Program-made: the position numbers and the translations under genes
NCBI GenBank assembly: GCA_964016885.1
Contig: OZ024763.1
Span: 22,940,001 to 23,004,000, forward strand
Length of the DNA: 64,000 nucleotides
Direction of reading: 5' to 3'
Source of the DNA: Eledone cirrhosa
Taxonomy: Eukaryota
Part shown: positions 37,525 through 50,590 of the stretch, in pieces
Layout: every line of letters begins with the position of its first letter
Position numbering within the stretch: position 1 is the stretch's first letter
The notes under the pieces: generated by a model
The model's database searches: none
Told to the model about the DNA's origin: nothing
The model's input: only the letters and a program-made list of their open reading frames with translations

Positions 37525-38102
37525 GAAATATATATACATTTCTGAGTGTGTAATATATATATATATATATATACACACACAGAAATATATGGGCATTTCT
37601 CTGTTTGTCTGTCCTTCCCTAACACTCAAATGTAGGTGCTACAGAAATATTACCTTCCCCTTCCTTTCTCCACTTTGGTACTACCAAGAGAAACACTGTC
37701 GCTATAGAAACATTACCTTCCCCTCTCCACTGACTTTGGTCAGTGAAGCCGAGGGAATCGCTGGTTGCTATAGAGACACCTTGCACAAGCCAGAAGTAAC
37801 CAGTTCGAGGTGGTTCTGATTTGACAACATGCCAAGGACCATTTGAAGATATATTTCCATCGTTATATCATAACGTTTATATTTCCGTCACTAATCTCTT
37901 TTTCTCCTTTTTCGTTTTAACATATATTTATTTCAAAGATTTCACCGTATAGATAACATATATATTTATACATGCATAAAAGACACACCGAGAGACGGTG
38001 AACATGTGGTGCCGAAAACGTTTCTCATCCAAATCTCAACAATATCAGTATATACACTAGATTTGCTAGCAGAAAACCGCCCACCGGATGGTATTCTGCT
38101 AG
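36639..38102 (+). mobile_element. Non-autonomous Helitron, copy 2 (tandem paralog of copy 1)
   Basis: TC start directly after CTAG; shares SINE and internal blocks with copy 1; same 3' hairpin. Confidence 0.78.
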
Positions 38103-39005
38103 TCTATATATATAAAACTGAGGATGTCTGTCTGTGTGTGAGTTTGAATCCCTAAAACTCGAGAACCACCCACCGACTGTTTTCAAACTTTACACATGTA
38201 ATACTTATGTTTCAGGGAGTGTTCTGGGCAAAAGAAATTTCAAATTTTTAATGCCCTAGGGACCACATTAGGCGATATCTCTCTATAATTCTTAGTCTTT
38301 CTCTTTTTAGATAGATACATACATATAACGTCGCGCCCTTATAATATCTCTGTCTGCATTACGTCACTTCCCTGAGGATGTCTGTCTGTGTGTGTGTGTG
38401 TGTCTCTGTGAGTTTGAATCCCTAAAACTCGAGAAGTACCCAACCGATTTTTATCAAACTTTACATGTGTATTACTTATGTTTCAGGGAGTGTTATGCAC
38501 ATAAAACTCAACTTTTTTATCTCCTAGGGCCCGCATTAGGTGAAAAACTGCGTTTTTAAAGTTTTTTAGGGGTCTTATGAGGCGTTACGCCAGATCGATT
38601 TCCTTGAAATTGTAACTATGTATTAGTCAGTCTCTTCTTCATACCGTGAGCAAAGAAATTCCAACTTTTTTTATAGCCTAGGGCCCGCATTAGGTGAAAA
38701 ACTTCATTTTTTCAGCTTTTTGGGGCTTTTTGGAGGCGTTACGTCTAGCCGATTTTCCCGAAATTTCAAGGCATTGTGCACATAAAAAAAAATTCATTTT
38801 CTTAATCCCCTAGAGCCCGCATTAGGTGAAAACCTTCATTTTCCCTGCTTCATCAAGAAAAATCTTAAAGATTATCCAGCCATCAGAGAATTCAGTTTAT
38901 TTTCTTTACATATTGTCCAGGCATGCAGTTTTTCCACGATTAGGTCTATTGGCGGCCCGCCTTCCAAAATACCTTATCCCGTGCAACGCCGGGTACCACT
39001 GCTAG
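38103..39005 (+). mobile_element. Non-autonomous Helitron of a second family
   Basis: TCTATATATATAAAA 5' end; hairpin cccgtgcaacgccggg at 38978-38993; CTAG|T 3' end. Confidence 0.85.
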
Positions 39006-39212
39006 TATTAAATAAATATATATATTGTTATATTTGGCGAGGGTCATATCGTTATAATATTGCCAGAAATAATAACAGAACACACTCACTGTTTGGGTCG
39101 GTTTTTGCTTCTGTATCTTTTATATCTCTATAGTTAATTTATCTGCAATCAATATTTATCATTGATTGACTAATTGACTAACGGTTAAAAATACAGATAT
39201 AAATATATATAT

Positions 39213-39266
39213 ATAGTCTATCAAAGTTCTTTCATCACACACCTGTGACATCATCAGCGGTACTAT
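39213..39266 (-). ncRNA. Hammerhead motif with degenerate stem I, same family as 30636
   Basis: CTGATGA-t-gtcaca-ggtg-tgtgat-GAAA-gaac-TT. Confidence 0.55.
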
Positions 39267-39309
39267 TATGTTTCCTCCCAATGTATTGTAATGTCTACTC
39301 CATTTCTAT

Positions 39310-39352
<43 letters not shown>

Positions 39353-40023
39353 TGTTGTGCCTCTTTTCAATAAATTACATATATCCAACAGCTTTTTTTT
39401 AAACAGATGATTGACAACGCTGGACAGATTTTAGAGGCAAAACCAACCGGCAGGGGACCCATGAGCTTGGCTGGTCATGCTTGGAGGATCCAGCCAGATC
39501 AGTCGGAGATGGTTGCTTCTGACAGGACCTACTGGGAGGAATAAGTGGGCAAAGAAGAAGTGTATATAGTGATGACACTAGTGCCAAGTTGTCTCTGTCT
39601 TTCCCTTGGATAACAACATATATTGCTGGACAGATTTTACAGGAGACTCAGAGGTAGACCCTGAGCAAGATGGTTGGATAACATCCATGAGCTTGGCTGG
39701 TCTCTCTTGGGGATCCAGCCGGATCAGTTGGAGACGGTTACTTCCGACAGGACCCACTGTAGGGAGTGTTTGAGGACTCTGACCCCACGACCCTCTCAGG
39801 AATAACTGGGTGTAGAAGAGGAAGAAGCAGAAAAATGAAGAATAACAAAGGTTACTGGCAACTTTTGTTACCTAGGTGACCTTATAAGCTGGAGGGGGGG
39901 GGGGGGTGAAAATGCAGCCAAAATAAGAATGAGCTGGGTGTTCTTTAACCCTTTAGCCATATCTGGCCAGAATTCTCTCCCCACTTTCTGTTCAAACCGG
40001 CCACACATACTGATGTTAAGGTA

Positions 40024-40075
<52 letters not shown>

Positions 40076-40110
40076 CATATAAAATCTGCATATACATATC
40101 TATATACATA

Positions 40111-40265
<155 letters not shown>

Positions 40266-40441
40266 CGTAAAATAAGAAAATTATAAAATTAACTTACTTA
40301 CTAAAATATCACTTTCAACTAATTAGTTTCTGGAATGGAATAAATATATTTTCCGAAGAAGATACAGAGAAGCATTCCGTCGTCAGGGAGGTCTATTCTC
40401 ATCTAAGTATCCAGGCAAAGCATGGACACTGGATATTAATT

Positions 40442-40492
<51 letters not shown>

Positions 40493-40546
40493 CATATATA
40501 CATATATATATATATATACATATATATATACACACACACATATATA

Positions 40547-41054
40547 CTAGCCAAATTACCCGCGCCTTGCTGCGTTTCACACATTTTTTTTTTTTGTAAG
40601 AAAATTATTGATTTTAAATCAGTGATATAATTTATGGAGAAAAACTCTGCATTTCAATATTACTCAATGTAAAATGTAATGCATGAAAAATTGGAAAACA
40701 TTATTTTTTGTAATAAACAAAATTACATTATTAAAACAATTATTAAATCTTATTCTTATTTTGTTTCTTGTAAATAATTTTTTTTTAAATAGGAATTCAA
40801 AACTTTTGTGAATAGGCATCATATCTTGTCATTTACGTATGGTTTAAATTTCATATAAATCAAAGGGAAAAGATTTTCAGTGGGGGTTTGTGCCCCCGGA
40901 GAACTCTTTGATTAAAATGAAATATACTTATCCAAGTACCTTGGGCAATGTAGTTTCAGAATATATATGGTTATGGAGGTCTATCTCCAAAACCATAGGA
41001 GTAGTTCGTGAACAAACAAACAAACAGACAGGAATACAACTTTATATATATAGA
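40547..41054 (-). mobile_element. Non-autonomous Helitron
   Basis: TC 5' end at 41054; GC-rich subterminal segment and CTAG at 40547-40550. Confidence 0.72.
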
Positions 41055-41058
41055 TACA

Positions 41059-41145
<87 letters not shown>

Positions 41146-41998
41146 TATAATCTATTTAATGTCAATACATTTACTGTTTGTTATTTGATAAATTCTCTTT
41201 AAAATATAATAACAGATTCCACACCTCATATAATTGCTTCAATTAGACCTAAACTTGCTAATTACTAGGCATAAAATTGAATTTAGCTACTATTTCGCTG
41301 TGGTGTTATATATATATTTAAAGTTGTAGTTCCTGTCTGTTTGTTCAGGAACAGATGCATGGGGAACTGCAGAATGAGTATATATATATACACTATAAAG
41401 CTGACGGCCGTATGTAGGTAACAAACTTTCCTCCAAATGGCTGGACCAAACAGCACCATAGATGTAACCTCTTCCAAGTAAAAAAGTGAGGGTATTTTTG
41501 TCTACTGAATTTTGTTAAAAGATTAAAGACATTATTTAAATATTCACTTCTTTAAAATTTCAAATTTCAACACTTCCGGTTATACGTCATTCCTCGCTTT
41601 TTCTTATGACGTTGCACAACAGTCCCCTCTTTTTCTTAGTCTGTCTTTTTAGATAGATACATAGCTATAACGTAGCACCTTATAATATGTCTCTGTATGT
41701 CTGACTGTCTGCATTTGATAAGGTTTTTCGAAATATTTACTTCTGCGTTCACAGACAGATTTTTTTAGTTTCAGAAGATCCCGTTAAGGGTGATAGCAGC
41801 GATTCTTTGCTTAAACTTTAATCTGTTATTTTAATATATACAACCAGAATGGCACGGCGTTGCTTGGGATTTGCTCTAGGGTTCTTATATATTTGATATA
41901 TATTTATCCTTATCGAGCCTCGTGAAATAAATACGTTTGTTTATATTTTGTTATTGTGTATGCAAAAATATCTGTACACGAATATATAATTATGTATA

Positions 41999-43273
41999 CA
42001 GGGTGCGGACGATATTTGTTCGCAAGATTACTGTCTAGGAAAAAATAACACAGTAGTTTTATTTTTTAAGATATATTTATCAAACTTGGATCAGTTTGTC
42101 TTCATGACTTGTTCTTTCGATCTCACTTGATAAACCCGCCATTGGCTTTGATGACGGCCTCAAGGCCTTCGTCACTGTCCCCTGACTTAGGCCCTTGTGA
42201 TCCTGGCCTTCAGATCGTCTTTCGTATTGCAGCTAGATCTGCTGGTGTCTCGTTCCACTGCGCCCCACACAAAGAAGTCAAGAGGGTTGCAGTCAGGCGA
42301 GCTGGGAGGCCAGATGTCAGGTGAAGTGTGGTCGACGAAGTTCTCTGACAGCCAGGCTTGGGTCTTTCGGCTGGTATGGCAGAGTGCTGAGTCTTGTTGC
42401 CACACGTATGGCCTACCTGCAGCTACCTGGTCGATCCAGGGCTTTACTACTTCGCTCAGAACGCGGATGTAGCCATTGGTGTTCAGCTTGAGGCCCTCAG
42501 GGAAGAAGGGAGGTGGCATGATGTCACCTTGACTGCTGACAACACCTAAGACCAATGTTGTCGCTGGAAACTTTGTCTGCATGACTCTGGGCACGTCTTA
42601 GGATGAGACAGCGAGCCACCTGTTGTTCTGGGAGTTGATCTTCTAGTCTTGGCAAAGTTTTTCTCGTCGGAGAAAAACCACAGCATGTCTGGCTCCAGTG
42701 GGTGTTTCAACTTGTTGATCAGCTTCTTTGCGTGCTTCAGTCGCTTTTCTTGCATCGCCTTTGACAGAAATTGTCCTTTCCTCATCTTGTATGAAACGTA
42801 GCGAATGTCTTCATGTACCACCAGCCTAATGAGCTTTTCATCCACGCCTTTCTCCTTTGCAATGGCACGCATCGACTTGCTAGATTCATTGTTGATGATA
42901 TCCTGAACTTCAGCGACGAACTCGGGCGTTCTGAAGGCATCAGATCGTCGATCATGTGTTTTCCTCTCTGATGTTGCTTTGTTTATCGAATCCTGAATTT
43001 TCCAATTCCTTTCTGACCTTTTCCACCATTCTCCTGCTGACGCTGAGAAAGTCTGAAATTTCCTTATTTGTCCTCCCGGCGCGGATTCCAAGAAGAACTC
43101 CGTGTCTCTTCCACAAATTTGGAGGTTCAAAATTATTCATAATCAATTACTCTGAAAATAAATAATGGAAATATAGTCACTGTTTTTATGAAGACAAGAG
43201 TGACAACGGAAGTAAAAAAAATTTGCATAATATTAGCAGTTGAAAATTGCGAACAAATATCGTCCACACACTG
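41999..43273 (-). mobile_element. Tc1/mariner transposon, DD37D (maT) family, frameshifted transposase
   Basis: 27-bp TIRs CAG(G/T)GTG(C/T)GGACGATATTTGTTCGCAA, TA on both sides; FSDEK, QQDSA, SPDCNPLD with 37 residues between D2 and D3. Confidence 0.93.
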
Positions 43274-43459
43274 TATATATATATATATTAAAATAACAGA
43301 TTAAAGTTTAAGCAAAGAATCGCTGCTTTCCTCCTTAATGGAATATTCTGAAACTAAAAAAATTAATCTGTGAACACAGAAGTAAATATTTCAAAAAACG
43401 TTACACACTATATATACATATATATACACACACACACACACACAGCTATGTCATAATGT

Positions 43460-43727
43460 CATAATGCAGACAGCCAAACATGCAGACAGATATTATAAGG
43501 GCGCAACGTTATATCTATGTATCTATCTAATAAGAAAGACTAAGAATTATGGAGAGAGATCGCTAAATCGCCTAATGCGGTCCCTAGGGCATTGAAAATG
43601 TTTTCTCAAAGCACTCACAGGACCATAAGTATTACATGTGTAAAGTTTGAAAACAATCGGTTGGGTGGTTCTCGAGTTTTAGTGATTGGACAGACAGACA
43701 GACATTCTCTGTTTTAGATATATAGAT
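43460..43727 (-). mobile_element. Helitron 5' fragment, family of 38103-39005
   Basis: Reverse-complement match to 38103-38360. Confidence 0.7.
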
Positions 43728-43779
43728 ATTTTTGCATACACAAAAACAAAAACCTATTTATTTCACGAAAGCACAGACG

Positions 43780-44122
43780 GCTTTGTTCATCGTTGTTACT
43801 GTTCGAGGTTAGAGGACCACAGTCTTTCCAAGATCTGAGAACCATCAATGGCCATCAATGTTTTACTTACTGTTTGGCTTGCCAGATGCGTGGTATGTTA
43901 CACAATGTCAGCAATTGGCACCTCACCCTGCAAGAAGCAGCAACTGCTAAAGTCCCTTCTCAGCTGCGAAAACTTTTTGCAATTATGCTGCACAACTGCG
44001 ATCTCGCTGACCCTCTCGCACTGTGGAACAACCACCGCGAAAGTCTAGCTGAGGACATCCTCCACCGCACACGCAAACACAATAAAAAAAATATTGTATA
44101 CTCTGAGGCTCTAACAATGTAA
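43780..44122 (+). pseudogene. Helitron Rep/helicase coding fragment
   Basis: LLLxxVRGPQSFQDLRTING..AC..RGML..W..TLQEA..P.QLRKLFA..C...DP.ALW..L.ED. Confidence 0.85.
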
Positions 44123-44460
44123 TTTAAATATTTTCTGTAACTTGGAATTTCCATTATGGTTGTACAAATTATAGTTTGTTAAAAAATGTGTTCTCTGTTC
44201 AGCCTTTATTGTTGTAACTATCAATTTTCTTTAACGTACTGGCTGCTCTACTGGGGAATCCTAAAAACTATTCAAACCCAACATCAGAGCACGTTAACCC
44301 CCCCCCCCCCCCCTCGCTGACTTGAGAGAGCGTGCGCTATCTTTGCACTGAAAAGATAAAAATGCTGGTATACCTAGCCAGACGGGCCATTTATATATAT
44401 ATATATTATAAAAAAAGTATATACACAACTATATATATATATATAAGTTTTAATATAGAT

Positions 44461-44513
44461 GAGATTCTACAGGACTAGAACTGTTTCATTCTTTAGAAAT
44501 CATCAGGAATCTC
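44461..44513 (-). ncRNA. Type I hammerhead ribozyme motif
   Basis: gagattc-CTGATGA-t-ttct-aa-agaa-t-GAAA-cag-ttctagtc-ctg-TA-gaatctc: 7-bp stem I extended by 11 bp (aagttttaata/tattaaaactt) past a bulge; GUA triplet. Confidence 0.85.
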
Positions 44514-44589
44514 TATTAAAACTTTTATACTCTGCAATGAATTGAGTACCTTACTTACTGTGGTTACCTCCGATTCAACCCGGAATAAC

Positions 44590-44637
<48 letters not shown>

Positions 44638-44879
44638 TTAACACCAAATTTTTCAATTGTCAAGGGGAGGTAACTTCAAGATTTCCTCGTTTCATATAGT
44701 GGAACAAAAACCAAACAGTTTCTATAAGAAATACATAAGGTGAGTGTAGGAAGGTAGATATAATTTAGATGAGGCAGGTATTGTGTGTAGTAAGAGTGGG
44801 TATATGTTTTATTGGTCCTGAATATTCTAGGGTACCTATAAGTGAGACAACATTGAGAGAGGAGATTGTAAATAGTTTT

Positions 44880-45096
44880 ATTGTTAAACCAACTGAATCC
44901 AGCCACAATTCTCTCACCTCTTTCTGTCTAAACCGGCCGTAACTGGTCACTCATACTGATGTTAAGGTATTGTTCTCAAAATAAATAATATCAAAATTTC
45001 ATAGATTCGATATTATGCGAGATATTATGTAAAGTAAAGCCTTTACTGTGAAAATATAATAGTATATATAGAGTAATGTGAATGCTAAAGGGTTAA
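44880..45096 (+). mobile_element. TTAA/CCCT-terminated (piggyBac-like) MITE containing one 72-bp satellite unit; pieces at 2769-3000, 7795-7910, 13170-13241, 20810-20905, 39945-40021
   Basis: Termini TTAACCCTTTAGCATTTA / TAAATGCTAAAGGGTTAA seen at opposite ends in different copies. Confidence 0.68.
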
Positions 45097-45549
45097 ATCG
45101 ACCCCAGTGCATTACTGGTACTTTATTTATCGACCCCATAAGATGAAAGGCAAAGTTAACCTCAGTGGGATTTGAACTCAGAGTGTAAAGGACAACAACT
45201 CTATGCTGTAAAGCATGTTGTCCAATCCTCTACTGATACTGCCAATCCACTGCTCTAAACAACAACTTAATAATGAGGAAGTTATATTTATCTAAAAAGC
45301 TTCCATCATAATTTTATGTAAGATAAGAACCTTTGTTAAGTTATGTCCCAAACACCAGCTTAATGAGAAAGTTAAGTTATGTGTATGTGTGTATATATAT
45401 CAGCCGTAGAAAACCTGCCAGCTAGACACGGTCATCCGATCAATCTTGCCTCAAATGGGACAATTCCCGTCTAACCCATGCTAGCGTGGAAGATTAGACG
45501 TTAAACGATGATGATGATGAGGATTATATATATATATATTTATATATAT

Positions 45550-48500
45550 ATTCCCACCCCCTCTAAGAATACTTACGAAAAACTATTGATAGCTAGTGTT
45601 AACTCCTTTGTAAAAAGGATTAGATGGCGTGCTTTCCACTATGATAATAATAAGAATAGGAAGGACCCCAGGAATAGAACTAATTTTAATAACTACGGCT
45701 TCAAAACTTATAAGAGCCCACCACACAATATTTTGTTAGATAGTTTTGAAAGTGACTTACTCTCTCTTGTCAAAAATATTAGGTATAGGCCAAATAATAG
45801 ACATAGAAATTATAATAATTTTGATAAGTTCCAGTCTAGACTTAAAAATATTGTTAAGGGTTTCGGTGAGAATAAGTCCATTCTTGTCCCGGCAGATAAG
45901 ACTAAGAATCTATACTCCATGGATTATAGTGCTTACCGCGACTTTATTTATAAGGAGCTGCATAGAAACTATAAAAAAAACTACGCTTGAAAATTTGAAC
46001 CACATCAATAGTGAGGGCCTTAGAGTTGTCTCTGACCTCGGCCTCGATAAGTATACCCAGCCATATTACCCTCGAGAACCGAGATTCACTCTTAAGGATC
46101 ATAAGGTTGATTTTATTAGTAACCCCTCTGTTAGACTCATCTGTCCTTCTAAGTCTGATATAGCCATTATCAGTAAAAAAATCCTTGACCTTATTATACC
46201 AGATGTTAGGGATAAGGTTAATTTTAACCTATGGGGGAACACTAAGGAAGTTATAGATTGGTTCTCCGGGATTAATAGACTTGAATCTAATAAATTTATC
46301 CAATTCGATATTGATGCCTACTACACATCAATTTCACCCATCCTCCTCAATAAAGCTTTAATGTTGGCCATGAGAGTGTCCAGCCTTACACGATCACAGG
46401 TAGATATTATACTAGCAGCCCGTAAAACTATTATTAAATTTGAGGACACATTTTGGACCCGTAAAAACACGCCCAATAATTTTGACGTTACAATGGGTTC
46501 GAGTGATTCGGCCCAGGTTACTGATCTTGTTGGGTTGTTCCTCCTTAATTACCACCAGAACAGTCTTTATCTAATAGCAATCCTACGTGTAATGCATCAC
46601 TACTTGAGCCAACCAATAACACCCGGAAGTGCAATTGTAGAGTGAGTGCTAACTGCCCTTTAAACGGTAACTGCCTTTCTAAGAACATTGTCTATGCTTG
46701 CGTAGTTATAACTAATTCCTCTAATAGAACTTATATAGGCTCTACATCTAACACTTTTAAGACTAGGTTTAACTCTCATATCTCTAATTTCAAACATGTT
46801 AAGTTTAAGAATTCTACTTCTTTAGCACATTATATCTGGGATCTTAAGGGAGCTAATATACCATATAGCCTTAACTGGCGTTTAGTAGCACGCTCTAACC
46901 ACCTTTCTACACATACTAAGTTTTGTAATCTCTGTATCCTCGAGACACACTCTATAATTTTCTCTAGCGCATCCTTACTTAATAGAAAGTCTGAGATATT
47001 CTCTTCTTGCCCCCACGCTATTTCTAATTCATACTTTTATTATAAACCTAAACGTTCTAGTAGTACAAATTGTACCCATTAGCTGATATATTCCATTATT
47101 TATTTTTTAGTTTAGGTTCTTTTGTTTGCCAACATTATTATTATCATCATTATTATCATTGGTTTTTGATGACTCTTTATTCTAACTCTCATAATCTTTT
47201 GGCTACTGTACCATATCTATCTTCTTACGCATTAAATTTTCACTATTACACCTTATGAATGTATATAAGATTATATATTTTACGGTATTTATTTTATTTT
47301 ATTCTTATTTTTATTCGGATTCTTCTTTGGATACCCCCCCCCCCATGCGCACATAAACTTATTGTCAACCCCTCCAAATTGACTATGATTATAGTTAACC
47401 CCCCTCTTTTACGCTCCTTTCTATTATGTAATATAGTATATCGACTATATTTTATGCCTCTTTGCATCCTCCATATATTTCTCCATTTCTGTCCCTATTA
47501 GCCTACCTTAATTCTGCCTAAGTCAGTTCTTTAGATATCGTTATGTATATGATAGTAAAAAATTTTCATTCCTTTTTGTAAACATTTGTAACGAAATATT
47601 AACGTTTATAAACTTTAATTACTTAAACTATAGCTAATATTATACTGCCTTATTGGATAGTTTAGATATTTTTAATATTAATTTATCAAATAGGGTTTTC
47701 GAGTCATTTACAGGGGTTGTTTCCTTAGTTTTTACTTAACTACTTAACTGCATGTGAGACCTAAATGTATACGTTTGTTTTTGTTTTTTAATTTCCGGTT
47801 GATTCTATTTATTTATTTTATTCTATATTTTATATTTTATATTTTATTTGTAATACTACTGTGCATTATATTTACTGTCTGGCACTTACTCACTCATCCA
47901 TATACATGTCTGTCTACCAACCTTGTAATTATAAGTAATTATATATTATATTATGTTAATTTATTTTATATAATATATTATATTATATTGTATTTTTTAT
48001 TGTAATATTGATCCTTATTACTTACCGTTAATTATATGTAACATTATGATATGTTAAACTTTATATATCATGTAAGATGTTTGTATTTTTGTACCATCAA
48101 AATTTTTTTGGGGGTATTGTACAATTTATTTTTCCTCACCTACTCTGTAACCCAGTATGAATTGATTTGTTAACTTGAGTACCATTATATATTGTTTATT
48201 ATAAATGTTAGTATATTGTATATTATAAATGTTAGTATATTATTATTATATTATTATTGTGACATCTATATTGTTTGTGTAAATTAACCGGAGATTATCT
48301 ATTCTATTATATTGTATTATATAGTATATAATTGTATTGTTTATTATTTATTATATGTGCTACTTATAATTATATCATATTATTACCTCATGTATATTGG
48401 GTAGATGTATTAGTATTATTATTATTATTATTTTCATTCCTATCATGCTTATTTTTATATTCAAACTCTTAATAAGGTTTAATTTGTGCAGTGGAAGATG

Positions 48501-48945
48501 GATGTGCGTATTGTTGTATGTGTATGTGTGTGTACGTGTGCGCACATATATACATATGCATATTGTACCTTTTGATTTTTATTGTAATTTTAATGTTGGT
48601 AAAGGTATATTATAGTATATTATATTGTAATATATATAATTCCTGCTCTATATAACCACCTTTGTTTAGCTCTAGGTTTTTTTGCTTTGGACTATATTTG
48701 TAATATGGTTCTTAATGTTATATACATCCTTAGTAATTTTTATTATATATTTTTATTATATATTTTTGCAATACTTTAGTGTACGTACACTCCATATTCT
48801 TCGGAGCTTCCGGCTTGTATCTGCCGATATTACTTCTTGTTGTTTTAATTGCCCTGATGAGTCCTTAATAGGATGAAACATTGTCGGCTAATAAAGACTT
48901 TTGATGTATTGAAGGCTTCTTTGTTTTACTCTCTTAATATATTTA
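45550..48945 (+). mobile_element. Penelope-like retroelement (Naiad-like), frameshifted and internally deleted
   Basis: RT N-terminal half (KRIRWRA, ADKTKNLY, TLKDHK, FDIDAYY, TMGSSD). Deletion near 46550 removes the YRDD region. C-terminal CNC..CPLNGNCL zinc motif and GIY-YIG (IVY..YIG..FKTRFNSH). 3' hammerhead; (TA)n flanks. Confidence 0.88.
48851..48888 (+). ncRNA. Minimal hammerhead ribozyme in the 3' end (pseudo-LTR) of the Penelope-like element
   Basis: gcc-CTGATGA-gtcct-taat-aggat-GAAA-c-att-g-TC-ggc followed by AATAAA at 48890. Confidence 0.85.
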
Positions 48946-49289
48946 TATATATATATATATAAAATCTCTTCAAGGCCATGTTCCAGCATCGCCACAGTCA
49001 AATAACTGAAACCAGTAAAAGAATTTTTTAAAAATGAAATAATTAAAGAAGAAGAAGAAGGTATGAATAACAGAATTAATTAACAATAGAATAACTAATT
49101 AGTTAAAATTGTCCATAATATTAACAAACCCAAATAATTTCCCACAGTTTTATAACAATGACACCTGGATATTTCTCATACTTTAGTTATTTATTCTTTT
49201 ATTCCTCTACGTGTTTTCACTTATTGGACTGTGACCATGCTGGGGCACGACCTTGAAACTCTTTCACTGGTTTCACTCATTAGAATATA

Positions 49290-49650
49290 AGATAATTTTT
49301 TAAATAATCAACAATTTGGAAAGGTTTAAGTAATATAACTAACTTTCTCATTATTTATCTGATGTTTGGAACATAACTTAACAAAGGTTCTGACATAAAA
49401 TTATGATGGAAGGTTTTTAGATAAATATAAACATTTTAACCCTTTCATTACCATATTTCTAATGGAAGACACTGTCTGGTTTTTAAATAAGTTTGAAAAT
49501 AATAAAGAATTTAGAGAGATTTAGTAATATAACTAACTTATTAAGCTGGTGTTTGGAACATAACTTAACAAAGTTTCTTACATTAAAATTTTGATAAATA
49601 AAAACACTAACCATTTTGTTACTATACTCCCAATGAAAACCACTGCCTGG
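49290..49650 (+). mobile_element. Second AT-rich TTAACCC-type repeat, tandemly iterated; copies at 840-1150, 7905-7965, 10120-10240, 10436-10715, 45260-45380
   Basis: Shared aacataacttaacaaaggttct..aaattatgatggaaggtttttagataaatataaac block. Confidence 0.6.
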
Positions 49651-49853
49651 TGGTAAGAAACTCAGGGGAACTGGACAGTAGAAGGGCTTCAGACAAGAGA
49701 ACCCACCTCAAGCAAGTGTTTCAGCCCTTAACTTCTTATATTCTAAGGGGACCTAGCTACGGCCAGGTCATAAAAACCCCTGGGTGCCCTTCTACAGATA
49801 TTTTTTAGTCACTCGGATATTGGAGATTGTTGTGTATTCTACTAGAATATTTT

Positions 49854-50353
49854 TATAGAGTAATGTAAATGTTATGTGAGGTAAAGCCTTTACTGTGAAA
49901 ATACAATAGTATATATAGAGTAATGTAAATGTTATGTGAGATATTATGTGAGGTAAAGCCTTTACTGTGAAAATACAATAGTATATATAGAGTAATGTAA
50001 ATGTTATGGGAGATATTATGTGAGGTAAAGCCTTTACTGTGAAAATATAATAGTATATATAGAGTAATGTAAATGTTATGTGAGATATTATGTGAGGTAA
50101 AGCCTTTACTGTGAAAATATAATAGTATATATAGAGTAATGTGAATGTTATGTGAGATATTATGTGAGGTAAAGCCTTTACTGTGAAAATATAATAGTAT
50201 ATATAGAGTAATGTAAATGTTATGTGAGATATTATGTGAGGTAAAGCCTTTACTATGAAAATATAATAGAATATATAGAGTAATGTAAATGTTATGTGAG
50301 ATATTATGTGAAGTAAAGCCTTTACTGTGAAAATACAATAGTATATATAGAGT
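49854..50353. repeat. 72-bp satellite, left of the Tx1-like LINE
   Basis: Same unit. Confidence 0.95.
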
Positions 50354-50590
50354 GGTTTCTTTATTTGCCACTAGGGCACAAAAGGTAGGGACAGATACAA
50401 GGGGGGAAGTTTACATATAATTAACGAGTACAAAAATATAACAATGAAATAACAACAACAAACGAAGTCCTCAATAGGGAGGGGGCATTAACATGGGTCG
50501 CACACACCCCGGAAAAAATGTGCAACCCTTCTCCTCAGGAGCACAAAGAGTAGGTGCTTCCCTCGTCTCCTCTTTTTCCTCTTCTTTCAC

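Noticed and set aside
40335-40400. CTGACGA-cgga..ttcg-GAAAATATATT on the minus strand
   Set aside because: Stem I cannot form next to the core; at best a decayed motif
47070-48876. Hydrophobic small ORFs
   Set aside because: T-rich 3' region of the Penelope-like element
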